NCBI GenBank assembly: GCA_030390025.1
Contig: JASTWF010000323.1
Location: 434,001 to 498,000, forward strand
DNA: 64,000 nt
Direction: 5' to 3'
DNA from: Squalus acanthias
Lineage: Eukaryota
The position numbers were made by a program, and so were the translations under genes. Below the pieces are notes generated by a model. It made no database searches. It saw nothing but the letters and a program-made list of their open reading frames with translations, and was not told where the DNA came from. Below are positions 12,567-24,409 of the stretch, in pieces; the stretch's first letter is position 1, and each line of letters starts with the position of its first letter.

Positions 12567-13679
12567 AAAGCACAACTGCCGTGCCTTACCTCCACTCACT
12601 GAAATCTATCAGCTACCTGTAACTGCCTGTTGGAGTGTGAGGCCGTTTATTTATTTATCCATCTCTCTTGTCTATTCCCGCAGGTGTCCCGATGCTGTCT
12701 GTATCTCTCGCTGCGATTATCTCAGTGTCAATCTGTGGGGTTATTCTGAATTAATACGAGTGTTTGTGCCTTACATGAAATAAATGAGAGGATCAGACAA
12801 TTGTTCCTCTGACACTGGGGAAGAAATGAGCCAACAATTATAACAATATATTATTTATTGTGATGCACCAAATACAATATTCCATCTCGAATGATTTAGG
12901 TTCAATTCTGTGCAAAAAGAAACTGTGACCCAAACGTGTTTCCAATTCGCCGCCTTTTAACTGACGTCACAAACGCCACCATTGCACCTCAAGGTGATTC
13001 ATAACTAATAACCAGAGAAGTCAAGCAGTAAAACGGTATTTGTAGAAAGGCTTGTGAGACTGTGGAACGCACTGGCCCAGAGCAGCAGATTTAAAATAAG
13101 GTTTAAAACCGGCAGCGTGTGGGAGGAAAGAGAGAGAGAGGCAGGAGAGCCACAGGTAAGATCACCTTCGAAACCACTGGTCCCGCATCTGCTTTAAATC
13201 CCCCCACTGTATTTAAACACATTTAATGTCATATTCATATATTGATGCATTTGAGCATTATATGAGATTTAACGCTGTCGCTGGTCTAAAATAATTGCTT
13301 TATTTATTTGATCCCACCCGCTGTGTTAAGTCTCTACCCTGAATATTTATCTTCAACCTAGAATCAGTTTATATTCTGGAGACAAGGTTTCAGCAGCCGG
13401 GGGGCAGGGAGCAGAGGCTGAAGCTGATCTGTGTCATGTGAGAGCAGAACGCAACATTCCTGCTTTTTATTTTCATTATCCTGCTGAATATTGGATACTG
13501 TTCTCAACATCGTACATTACCGTTAAATGTCGGAGGTTTTCCTTTATTGTAATGATCGCTGCGATTCTTCGCGATTTGATGAATTTGCAGCAAATTAAAT
13601 ATCACCCAACCGTAATGGCCAATAGTAAACAGGGGTCAGCGATTTGAGAATTTAAATTGTTGGAGGCGATGCGCTCGCA

Positions 13680-13762
13680 GTTGCGATGTCCGAGTTGTTA
13701 AGGCGTTGGACTTGTAAATCTAAAGCAGTTTTCCCGCGCAGATTCGAACTTTGCTCGCGGCG
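13680..13762 (+). pseudogene. tRNA-Ser(TGA)-type pseudogene
   Basis: GCGATGTCCGAGTTGTTAAGGCGTTGGACTTGTAAATC...CGCGCAGATTCGAACTTTGCTCGCGGCG. Confidence 0.75.
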
Positions 13763-13941
13763 GGTTCTCTCATTATTGGAATCAATGTCTTCAATTAATT
13801 TATTTTCTTCACTCTGCTCCGTCTGGAAGGATTTTTGAAATTTCTATACCGTTTTTAAGGAAACTACAGGATTGGCGAGAGACCGGAATCACTTACATAC
13901 TTCAAGAAGGCAGCTGAGTTTGCTGACCTAATTCTGCAGAT

Positions 13942-14404
13942 TGTCTGGAAGTTACAGATAAGGAGGCCTCGAGAGTCTCTGAGGAACCTTCGCATACACT
14001 CGGTGCTGTCCGGTAGCATCAGTCTGTGTAACCATGGGGGAGAGAGAATGGAAAGTCACTGGAAGGCTTGTTTCTGTCAGCAGCAATGGTATAAGAGCAG
14101 CCATTCTAAAGTCAACGCAGAATACAGTCCAGGAGACAGACAAATAGAAAAGATTGCGAAAACTGACCAGAACAACAACAAGGAAGACACCAACACATAA
14201 TTCATCTCTCTGTCTCCCGAGGCAGAAGAATTGGCTGTGTTGAGTTTAGAGTTGCACCACTGAGTTAAAGGTTGTACAAATCTCCCTCTGTAAAACTTGT
14301 ATTATAATGTTAATAAAACCAATTGTTCGAAAAGTTTCAAGCCTTGTTTGATCTTAGCTCTGATTACCCTAAAGAGTGAAGAGAGTTAAAGCAAAAACCC
14401 TACA
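13942..14404 (+). mobile_element. Possible solo LTR
   Basis: TG...TACA ends, TATAAG at 14090, AATAAA at 14312; no clear target-site duplication. Confidence 0.45.
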
Positions 14405-15084
14405 GATCCTTCTGTCCAAGGTCACCTTCTCCTCCCAAACATGCTACACTTAGCTCATGGCATGGCTCAAATTATTGATATATAGTCGGAATGGAAAAAC
14501 TTGTAAGACTTTGGGGGAGAGCAGCGGATTGGTGCGTGGTCGTTTAACTCACTGGGCGAAAGTTTTTCTTCTGTGTTCTGAATCTGGCTTTAGACCGACC
14601 AGTAAAACCGATGGCAGTACTAATCCATTGTGCTCTGCAATATTAAATTGTACTCTAACTATTTCACGTCAACAATGTTATACTCTCTTTACAAAAATGG
14701 CTTCTGCTTACGAATTGTTTTGTCAGAATCAATTGCTCTGAAGCTACATTGTCGTCTGTCTCGACATCCTGATATTGTAATCTCTGCCATAAATATACTG
14801 CATTCAAATTGCTGTGAGAGCGAAGTGAAAGGTAAATGTGAAGATAGTCGAAATTAATTAACACGACGATGATATAATTCATTATTTGCGATGCTATTGG
14901 GGGCGGGTTAAAGCTTTGTATTAATACATGAGCTGTGTTTTGTTTTGTTTGGTTTGTTTCGCTTTTTTAATGTAAGCAAGGAAGGAAAATATCCCTAATC
15001 CGCGATTCCTCGCTGTATTTATCTGTTCTGTATATATCCCCTCCTGTTCACTGTTTGTTTATTCAGTTCTGACAAATGATAGAC

Positions 15085-15233
15085 AATGGTATTAAGGGCT
15101 ATAGAACCAAGGCGGGTAGATTGAGTTAAGATACAGATTGAGTTCAGTTAATCAGCCATGATCATATTGAATGGGGGGGGGGGGGCAGGCTCGAGGGGCT
15201 GAATGGCCTCCTCCTGTTCCTGTGTTCCTATGT
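15085..15233 (+). mobile_element. CR1 LINE 3' tail fragment
   Basis: ATTAAGGGCTAT...CAGCCATGATC..GGCTCGAGGGGCTGAATGGCCTCCTCCTGTTCC. Confidence 0.75.
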
Positions 15234-15791
15234 ATGGCTCAAACCCCGAAAGTAAAGGTGTCTGTTGTCTCCACAGATGTTGAATGACTCGCCGTGTGGG
15301 TCCAGTGTTTTTCTTGCTGTTTAAAGCTGGGTTTTGGGGATGAGCCGATGGAAGTGAAAACCTGCCGTGGATGGAGGGCGGGTTGGTTTTCTGCAAGGAG
15401 CAAATCAACTGGACCGAAAAATCACCTCCAGACAAATTCACCAATATATTCCCCACCTCACTACGGCATGTACTGCTCCACCATATCATATAAACCCAGC
15501 TAGTGCCCCCTCAATTCAACAATCTTCACCAGTGTCCCCACTATTATACAACCTCAGGTCTGCGTGTATGGAGTGTGGGTCTTTGACAGTGGGTTTTAGA
15601 CAACAGCAGCCGCCGGTCCTCTTGCGTCAGACTAAGTAAAACTAGATGTCATACATATAAGATAATCAATAATAAATCCAGTAGGGAATTCAGGAAAAAC
15701 CTGTTCATGCAAAGAGTGGTTGGAACGTGGAACGCGATACCACAAGTACCAGATATCAGTGAGGGCAGGAGCGGCGCTTAGGGCGTGAGTT

Positions 15792-15866
15792 GGCTCCGTG
15801 TCTTAGCTGGTCAAAGCGCATGTTTAGTAAACAGGAGATCCTGGGTCCGAACCTCAGCGGGGGCCT
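15792..15866 (+). tRNA. tRNA-Thr(AGT), mutated; followed by a T-run
   Basis: GGCTCCGTGTCTTAGCTGGTCAAAGCGCATGTTTAGTAAACAGGAGATCCTGGGTCCGAACCTCAGCGGGGGCCT plus T-tract (Pol III terminator-like). Confidence 0.8.
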
Positions 15867-16535
15867 TTTTTTTAAAGAACATAAGAATTATGTTATGAAC
15901 CCACAGAGGTGGGTTGCTTCTCGTTTGAAAGTGCTGCAATCCTTTGGGATGGGAACGGATAAAGGCTCATCACACGCACATCACAATTACATATTAAAGT
16001 CTGACTGTCATTCGGTCAACATGTTAAAATTTCCTTCAGTCGGCAACAGAACGTTATCGAATTATTAATGCTGATTACAACAATTATTCCTGATGATACT
16101 GCCTTTAATTATATGTTCGTGTAATTGATTTAATAAGCTACACAACTGTTTTATAAAAATCAGACGGGAATTAACCCCGTGCTATGGCTGCTACGAATTC
16201 CTACCCCTGGCCCACCAAGGAACGCTCCAGCAAGCAGCTGAGGGCTGTAAATACATTGGGAGTCCTTCATCCCTGGTACCATTCCAGTAAATCACTTCTG
16301 GTCATTCCTTCCTTCTAATAAATAAAGTAAGTGAAACGTTTATAAGCAAAAGCAGGAACATAATAAAAAAGGAAAGAAAAGTAAATACTGAGCAAAATGG
16401 ATGTGAAAGTTTTCAAAATGAGATAACAGAACATTTGAGTTTTGTGATCGATCAGTGAGAGGAATGAATCGCTCTCTCGGGCCTGTGTGGGTCGATTTAC
16501 CGATAGAGACAGACAGAGAGCAGTTTTGCACCCAG

Positions 16536-16607
16536 GCTTGGCTAGCTCAGTCGGTAGAGCATGAGACGCTTAATCCCATGGTCGTGGGTTCGATCCCCCG
16601 TTGGTTA
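16536..16607 (+). tRNA. tRNA-Lys(CTT), mutated
   Basis: GGCTAGCTCAGTCGGTAGAGCATGAGACGCTTAATCCCATGGTCGTGGGTTCGATCCCC. Confidence 0.8.
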
Positions 16608-17542
16608 TTTGCTATTTTAAATTTTTACGGCTGATTTTACAGGCGATCCCCAGCTCTGAATTCCTCGGCAGAGAGTTCAAGAAGTGGTAGATATAAATGA
16701 GATTCAACAACAATATCAGAAAATCTCTCCTTGATTCGGGAACTCTTATCTCACTGGAGTAAATCGCTGCTAAACATTGAACTTCATATAATTTCACCTG
16801 CAGCTCGGGGTCAGGGCGGCTCAGTGGGAATTCGGGCCCGTCTCTCCCTTCACATCCATCAGAGCCGGGTAAACAAACGGGAATTTTACACAATGTTGTG
16901 CTCTGTAACTTTTTATAACAACTTCAGTGTATTTCACTCCGTGTCTAACCCTGTGAGGTCTCCCCTGCTGTGTCAGCTTTCTGTGTTAATAAACACTTCA
17001 GCAGAACATTAACATAACCTGAGCTCCGAGATCTGGTTGGGTTCCATTCCCCCGAAAGTGAGGAATGAGCGGGAGGGACGATTCCACTTGGGGGTATATT
17101 TTCTCCTGATTCTTCCTCCCAAAATGAATCAATTCATTACATTTCAGCTGCCATGACCATTTCCTCGCTATGTCTAAGTCCTCCTGAAGTCTGCTATTAT
17201 CCTGCTCACTATTTACTACTTTACCAAGCCATCCACAAAAAATGAAATTTGCTCCCTATATCCAAGTCCAGGTCAATTATATATACCGAGAAAGGCAATG
17301 GTCCTAATACCTGGGCGAACGCACTGCAAAAAAGGCAGCGCATTACTGCCCATCTTTGGGAAGCAAGACATCACACGGCCCGGGGTTGCCTTCTCATACA
17401 CAGCGCACAGCGACAGTAAAATCCGGAAGATTGTATCCTGGTCACTCAGCCTTCCAGCAACAGTTAGCGAGGACCGGATAAAATGAAACATTTTATTTAC
17501 CTGAGTGCGGAAATCCAGTGCAACTGAATTCTGCATCATTAA

Positions 17543-17625
17543 GTCAGGATGGCCGAGAGATCTGAGTCGCTGCGTTCAGATCGCAGTCTCCTCTGCAGCC
17601 TAGGATTCGAATCCCACTTCTGACA
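17543..17625 (+). tRNA. tRNA-Leu(CAG), mutated
   Basis: GTCAGGATGGCCGAG..GCTGCGTTCAGATCGCAGTCTCC..TTCGAATCCCACTTCTGACA. Confidence 0.85.
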
Positions 17626-19038
17626 CTGAATCCTTTAATTATACAGAATGATTTTGCTGGAGTTCATTTTTCGGCCCTATTGATTTTTTTCTGCCAGAAA
17701 ACGAAGCCGACTTCCATCCACGGCAGGTTTGTTTTATTGTTTGTAAGTATGTATTGTGTTGGGAGTCAGAAGAACAGGGCCAGTGGAATCAATCCATTGT
17801 GCTTAAAACTTGCAGTAATCCACATCATAAATTATCGGACAGAAACCAAATCATTCCACAGCAATCTCCAGCGGATTAGGATGAAGGTTAATATAAACTA
17901 CCATATTTATATCATGGCTTTAAAGACACTCAAATAAAGTATTTTTTTAGCTATCAATTACCTGTAATCGTTGTAAATATATTTGGATGTGTAAATGTTA
18001 GATACTCATGTATTTGTGAGTTGCTAATATGTTGGATGAAAATAATGTTGCGGTCTGTTAATTACTCATGTACTTCGATTTACCTGTATTATTGTTTAAT
18101 ATACTGGGTGGGGGAATCTGTGACAGTTATAAATGTATTTCTGAGCGCTGCCAATGTCAGCCCCGTTCTACCTGCTCATTGCACCCACGTGGGACACGGC
18201 AGACCATCTGTTACATTCAGTTTGAAGTTTTGCTTTTATTAATCATGTTGACTTTTAGAAAATGTGATGTTTAGAAGATAACAACTCTTGTTTCACCTAC
18301 CTCTCTGATAACTCCTCAACATCACATACTTTCTCTGATACCTCCCGAGTGTCCATTACCTTCTCTGATGCCTCCCGAGTGTCCATTACCCTCTCTGATA
18401 ACTTCTGAGAGTCCGTTACTCTCTCTGATATCCACTCAGAGCCGTCAGACCCACTTGATACCATCTGAGAAACCCTTCAATTCCCTCACAGCATCTGAGA
18501 TCCCCTTGCGCTCGCAATCCCCTCTGAGAAACTCTGAGACGCCCTGATACCAGGAGCAAAGGGTGTTTTGAATGCCGCAGCGCAGGAAATTTGTGGGCGG
18601 AAAAGGCTGACTTTACACCGTGTGTGGGGAAAGTTAAGGACGACCTTGTGTGTGAGAAGAGCACAGAAACGTTTTGCTTGGAGCTGCGCCCTTGAGGCAA
18701 GTTTTGTGTTGTCAGGAAAACTGCTACAGTGAAAGCACAGCATTAAAAACAGAAAATGCTGGAAATATTCAGCAGCTCAAGCAGCATCTATAGAGAAACA
18801 TTCCTTTTACCAGGACGCCACTGTCCACTTTGATTGATGCTTCACGTAGTTCATATCTTACAATTTCAACACCTACGTGCAAGGAACAGTTTGGGTGGAA
18901 ATGAGGAATTTGCTGATTTGAGCAAATAGAGTGAGGCAGCAAAACGCAACTCCCCCACTGCGGATTGGGCAAGGATGGGGCTCAGATGCAGAAGTCTTGG
19001 ATGTGTTGAAGAAAGGGAAACAGATCTAGTCTTAAATG

Positions 19039-19120
19039 CAATATCGATAGAATTTGAAACCAGGCGTGTAGTGCACAGTCGATTAGCGATCCACCGCCTT
19101 GACCTCTCAAGCACCTCGCC
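19039..19120 (-). pseudogene. tRNA-Ser(GCT) pseudogene
   Basis: GGCGAGGTGCTTGAGAGGTCAAGGCGGTGGATCGCTAATCGACTGTGCACTACACGC. Confidence 0.7.
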
Positions 19121-19250
19121 CCGTGAACACAGCTCAGAAAGATCTTTTATTTCCTTCTTTCTCAATGCAAAGCCCTGGACTAAAAGCGGCAGGAGCAGAA
19201 GAGCCAGCTTTTCATTATCACCAGAATTAAAACAACATCATCACTGGTGT

Positions 19251-19333
19251 GCTATCGTGTTCGAGCGGTCTAAGGCGCTGGATTTACAGTACCGATTTTT
19301 CCGAGGGCGTGGGTTCAAATCCCACCGCTGCCA
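19251..19333 (+). pseudogene. tRNA-Leu(TAG/AAG-type) pseudogene
   Basis: CGAGCGGTCTAAGGCGCTGGATTTA...GGCGTGGGTTCAAATCCCACCGCTGCCA; anticodon arm damaged. Confidence 0.8.
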
Positions 19334-19497
19334 TAATTTGTTTAACATTCGTGTTTTCAGAAGAACTGCTCGTGGCTAATTTGAAAAGATGAAAGTTGAA
19401 AACATTGATCAGGTCAGGCAGCATCTTTTGAGACACACTCTTCACCAAGAATACTTTTTTAAGCGGCGTCCTGCGCGGCAATGCTGTGATCTGTGGC

Positions 19498-19562
19498 GCC
19501 GTGTCCTGGTAACACTCTGAGTTGTGGACCCAGCAACGCTGATTCGAATCCCAATCAAGGTG
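19498..19562 (+). pseudogene. tRNA-His relic
   Basis: GCCGTG..ACTCTGAGTTGTGGACCCAGCAAC..TTCGAATCC. Confidence 0.6.
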
Positions 19563-19589
19563 CTTGACTCCTCCATCACCCTCACATCG

Positions 19590-21510
19590 AATCATAGAAT
19601 CAGAGAAATTTACAACACAGTAGGAGGCCATTCGGCCCATCTTCTCCGTGCCGGCCGACAAAGAGCTATCCACCCTAATCCCACTTTCCAGAACTTGGTC
19701 CGTAGCCTTGTAGGTTATGGCAATTCAAGTGCATAGCCAAGTACTTTTTAAATGTGATGAGCGTCTCTGCCTCTACCACACTTTCAGGCAGTGAGTTCCA
19801 GACCCCCACTACCCTCTGGTGGAAAAAACTCTCCTCAAATCCCCTCTAAACTACCGACCAATTACTTTATATCTATGCCCACTGGTTATTGACCCTGCTA
19901 CTAAGGAAAATAGGTCCTTCCTTTCCACTCTATCCAGGCCCTTCATAATTGTATACACCTTAATTAAGTCTCCCCTGAGCCTCCACTGTTCCAAAGAAAA
20001 GAGCTCCAGCCTATCCAATCTTTCCTCATAGCTAAAATTACCCAGCCCAGGCAACATCCGCGGAAAACTGCTCTGCACCCTATCTAGTGCAATCACATCC
20101 TTCCTGTAATGTGGTGACCAGAACTGCAAGCAGTATTCTAGCTGTCTCTATTACTATCTTCGCTTGTACTATCCGACACACTCACACATTTATGCACCTT
20201 ATTCCTCTTTTATACTCCTTTTTGCTGGTGCCCACCTCCCTGCCAAGCTAGATTAAACCCTCCCCAACAGCACTAACAAGAGAATATTGGTCCCGGCTCT
20301 GTTGAGGTGTAACGCGTCCGGTCTGTACACGTCCCACCTTCCCTAGAAACGTTCCCAATGCCTAATCAAACTAAAGCCCTCCCTCCTGCACCATCTCTCC
20401 AGCCACGCATTCATCTGTTCTATCCTACTATTCCTGTACTCACTAGCACGTGGCTCCGGGAGTAATCTGGAGATTACTACATTTGAGGTCCTGCTTTTTA
20501 ATCTCTCTTCTTCGCTCCCTAAACTCTGCGGCAGGGCCTCGTCCCTCTTTCTGCCTATGTCGTTGGTACCGATATGGACAACGATCTCTGGCTTTTCACA
20601 CATCCCCCTCAGAGTGTCCTGCAGCCGCTGAGTGACATTCTTGACTTTGGCACCAGGGAGGCCACATAACATCCTGGAGTCATGTCTATGGCCGCAGAAA
20701 CACCTGTCTGCTCCCCTAACTATCGAATCCCCTGCCACTATAGCTCTTCCAATCTTTTTCCTCCCCGCCCCGTGCAGCTGAGCCACTCCTGGTGCCGTGG
20801 ACAAGACTCTGGTTGCACTCCGCAGAGGAACCATCGCCCTCACCACTACTCAGAACAGAATACTGGTTGGAGAGCGTGCTGCACTCAGTGGACTCCTGCA
20901 CTACCTGCCTGGCCCACCTCTTCTGTCTGGCAGTCACCCATTCCCTCTCTGCCTGCATACTCTTAAGCTGCGGGATGACCACCCCGTAACTCTCAGACTC
21001 GCGGATGCACCGCAGTTACTCCAGGCGCCGCTCAGGTTTCGAAGCCCAGAGCTCGAGCTGCTGTAGCTGGCGACACTTCCTGCACATGTGGTCGCCCAGG
21101 CTACGTGAAGTGTTCAGGACTACCCACATGGCACAGGATGTGCACTCCACGGGACTGAGCTGCCCTGCCATGTCTTTATTTAATAGACTAAGAACTAACC
21201 CAGCAGAACTAAACTTAAAAATTAACAAAAAACACCTACCAGCTCCTCACCAATCAGCTCCTTCCCTTGTGCCGACGTCACACTTTCGGATTCTGCCTCT
21301 GTTGAGTTGCTGCCTCTCCGGCTCTGCTCCCGCTCTGGTCCCGCCCAGGTCCGCTGCTGCCTTCCAAATAAGTCCAGTCTTATTTTATTTATTTACTTAG
21401 TTAAAGTATTTAATCAACGATTACTTGTAGTTATATTAATTAGTTTAACTAGTAAAGCTATACATTTAATGCAGTATTTTATAGTTTCTCTCTCCTAGTT
21501 TAGAGAGAAA
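19590..21510 (-). mobile_element. CR1 LINE, internally deleted (5'UTR, ORF1 zinc-finger/SGNH esterase, 3' end of ORF2)
   Basis: MAGQLSPVECTSCAMW..CRKC, VAGDSIVRG..VHIGTNDIG; QFWSPHYRKD..YEERL..RRLRGDLI-like segment; CR1 tail. Confidence 0.9.
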
Positions 21511-21511
21511 A

Positions 21512-21556
21512 CCTCGTGACTGCGAACTCACGCGTGCAGAGTACAATGGATTAGCA
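21512..21556 (-). pseudogene. tRNA-Ser(GCT) fragment
   Basis: TGCTAATCCATTGTACTCTGCACGCGTGAGTTCG. Confidence 0.65.
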
Positions 21557-21770
21557 TTACCGTCGGATTTAAAGGTCAGTTTTAAGCCAGATTCATAACA
21601 GAGAAGAAAAAGTTTCGTCAGTGGGTTAAACGACCTTGCACCACTCCGCTGCGCTCACCCATAGTCCTACAAGTGTTTTTCCATTCCGACTATATATTAG
21701 TAATTTGAGCCATGACATGAGCTAAGTGTAGCACGCTCGCGAGGAGAAGGTGACCTTGTACAGAAGGATC

Positions 21771-22248
21771 TGTAGGGTTTTTGTTTTAATTCTCTTCACT
21801 CTTTAGGGTAATCAGAGCTAAGACCAACCAAGACTTTAAACTTTTCTAACAATTGGTTTTATTAACATTATAACACAAGTTTTACAGAGAGATATTTGTT
21901 CAACCTTTAACTCAGTGGTGCAACTGGAAACTCAACACAGCCAATTCTTCTGCTTCCGGAGATGGAGAGATGAATTATGTGTTGGTGTCCTCCTTGGTGT
22001 TATTCTGGTTATTCTTCGATATCTCCACTCCATTTGTCTGTCTCCTGGACTGTCTCCTGGACTGTATTCTGCTTTTTACTTCAGAATGGCTGATCTTATA
22101 CCATTGCTGCTGACAGAAACAAGCCTTCCAGTGACTTTCCATTCTCTCTCTCCCATGGTTACACAGACTGATGCTATCGGACAGCACCGAGTGTGTGCGA
22201 AGGTTCCTCAGAGACTCTCGAGGCCTCCTTATCTGTAGCTTCCAGACA
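21771..22248 (-). mobile_element. Possible solo LTR (duplicate of 13942-14404)
   Basis: Reverse-complement copy within the inverted duplication. Confidence 0.45.
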
Positions 22249-22439
22249 ATCTGCAGAACACTTTTGGAATTAGGTCAGCAAACCCAGCATGCCTTATTGA
22301 AGTAAGTAAGTGATCCAGGTCTCTCGCAAACCCTTTAGTTTCCTTAAAACCGGGATTGAAATGTCCAAAATCCTTCCAGAGGGAGCAGATTGAAGAAAAC
22401 ACATTATTTGATGGAATTGATTCCACTAATGAGAGAACC

Positions 22440-22508
22440 CGCTGCGAGTAGGGTTCGAACTTGCGAGCAAAAACCCCAAGCGAATTGCAAGTCCAAGGCC
22501 TTAATCAC
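22440..22508 (-). pseudogene. tRNA-Ser(TGA)-type relic
   Basis: Paralog of 13680-13762: TTAAGGCCTTGGACTTGCAA..AAGTTCGAACCCTACTCGCAGCG. Confidence 0.65.
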
Positions 22509-23613
22509 ACAGCCTCCAACAAGTTAAATTCTCAAAACGCCGACCATGATTACTATTGCCAATAACGGTTTCGTGTCATTTAATTTGCGTCAAATTCATC
22601 AAATCGAAAAGAGTCGCAGCGATCGTTACAATAAAAGGAGAACTTCCGATATTTAACGGTAATGTAAGATGTTGAGAACAGTATGGAATATTCTGCAGGA
22701 TAATGACAATAAACAGCTGGAATATTGTGTTCTGCTCCCACATGACACAGATCAGCCTCAGCCTCTGCTCCCTGCCCGCCGGCTACTGAAACCTTGTCTC
22801 CAGATTATAAACTGATTCTAGTTTGGAGATAAATATTCAGGGTGGAGCCTAAACTCAACGGGTGGGTTCAAATATATAAAGCAGTTATTTTAGACCAGAG
22901 ACCGCATTAAATCTCATGTATTGCTCAAAGGAATCAATGTGTGAATATGACTTTAAATGTATTTAAATACAGTGGGGGATTTAAAGCAGAGTCGGGGCCA
23001 CTGGTTTCCAAGGTGATCTTTCCTGTGGTTCTCCTGCCTCTCTCTCCCCTTCCTCCCACACGCTGCCTGTTTTTAAACCTTGTTTTAAATCTGCTGCTCT
23101 GGGCCAGTGCATTTCACAGTCTCACAACCCTTTCTGCAAATACCCTTTCACCGATTGACTTCTCTGTTTATTAGTTATGAATCACCTTGAGGTGCAATGG
23201 TGGCGTTTGTGACGTCAGGTTAAAATGTTGGCCTTTTGGAAACGCGTTGGTGTCACAGTTTATTTTTGCACTGAATTCAACCAAAATAATTCAAGGTGGA
23301 ATATTGTATTTGCGGCATCACAATAAACAATATCTTGTTATAAATGTTGTCTCATTAGTTCTCGCGTGTCAGAGGAAAAATAGTCTGATCCCCTCATTTA
23401 TTTCATGTAAGACACAAACACAGGTATTCATTCAAAATCAACTCACAGATTGACACTGAGATAAAAACAGCCAAAGATATAGACAGCACCGGGAAACATG
23501 GCGGAATAGAGAGGAGAGATGGATCAATACAAAACGGCCTCAGACTCCAAGAGGCAGTAACAGGCAGATGACAAATATCGGTGAGCGGAGGCAAAACAAT
23601 TTAGTCGTGATTT

Positions 23614-23672
23614 GGCTCCGTGGCCTAGTTGGTCAATGCGCTTGTCTTGTAAACAGGAGATCCTGGTTCGAC
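23614..23672 (+). pseudogene. tRNA-Thr(TGT), 3' truncated
   Basis: GGCTCCGTGGCCTAGTTGGTCAATGCGCTTGTCTTGTAAACAGGAGATCCTGGTTCG. Confidence 0.75.
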
Positions 23673-23771
23673 TTTTTTTTTTGCCTTCATGAACCTCCAG
23701 GGGTGAGTTTCTTCTCGTGTGATAGTACCACAATCCTTTTAAATGTAACTGCGGCTGTACTAGTTCCCATT

Positions 23772-23824
23772 CTGGATTAAGGCTCCAGTCGTTGAGGGGC
23801 GTGGGGTGAATTCGACCGCTGTCA
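23772..23824 (+). pseudogene. tRNA-Leu(AAG) 3' fragment
   Basis: CTGGATTAAGGCTCCAGTC..GGGGCGTGGG..CCGCTGTCA. Confidence 0.7.
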
Positions 23825-23937
23825 AAATTTCTGGCGGGGCTGATTTTGGCCTCTTCACCAAAAATCCATCTTTTCTAAGCACTGGCGTGTGTGACTGAGC
23901 TGTGGTCAAAGCAGCATTGCAGCAGCTGATGTGCGGC

Positions 23938-24009
23938 GCCGTGATCGTACAGTGACCAGTACTCTGCCTTGTGGCCGCAGCAACATCGTTTCGAATCCGA
24001 ATTATGACA
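23938..24009 (+). pseudogene. tRNA-His(GTG) pseudogene
   Basis: GCCGTGATCGTACAGTGACCAGTACTCTGCCTTGTGGCCGCAGCAAC..TTCGAATCCGA. Confidence 0.8.
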
Positions 24010-24409
24010 CAACTCCCTTTACATCTTGTGCTCTCAGCGACACCAGCTAATAGAAGGTAGCAAGAAATCGATCTTTACTGCGTGAAACAAATATTATTTA
24101 TTGGCGATGAAAACATGTTCACTCCTGCAAACCCTCCTCTTCTCCTAGCTTTTTCTTCCTTCCACAATCAATAGCCCTCCTTTACTTCCCTCCTTCCATT
24201 TCATTATCACTTTCCTGCGGTATTACCTAATCTAACATTCGCTTTTACCTGCTTACACCGTTAAGTTTGCTCTGTTACCACTGCTGTTCCTGGGGGCGCA
24301 GTCGATACATTTAGACCCGCGGGGACGCTCGACAGACAACCATTGCGACAACAGGGCTGGCGTTCGGAAGCAAAATAGCCGGATTGCCCCCTAAATTTCT
24401 TTGTCCTAA

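Larger units (their letters stand above)
11680..14610. repeat. Segmental duplication arm (inverted partner at 21560-24400)
   Basis: Colinear reverse-complement match including His/Leu/Thr/Ser tRNA relics and an LTR-like element. Confidence 0.9.
21560..24400. repeat. Inverted segmental duplication arm (partner at 11680-14610)
   Basis: Reverse-complement homology; ends at the ERV junction near 24400. Confidence 0.9.
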
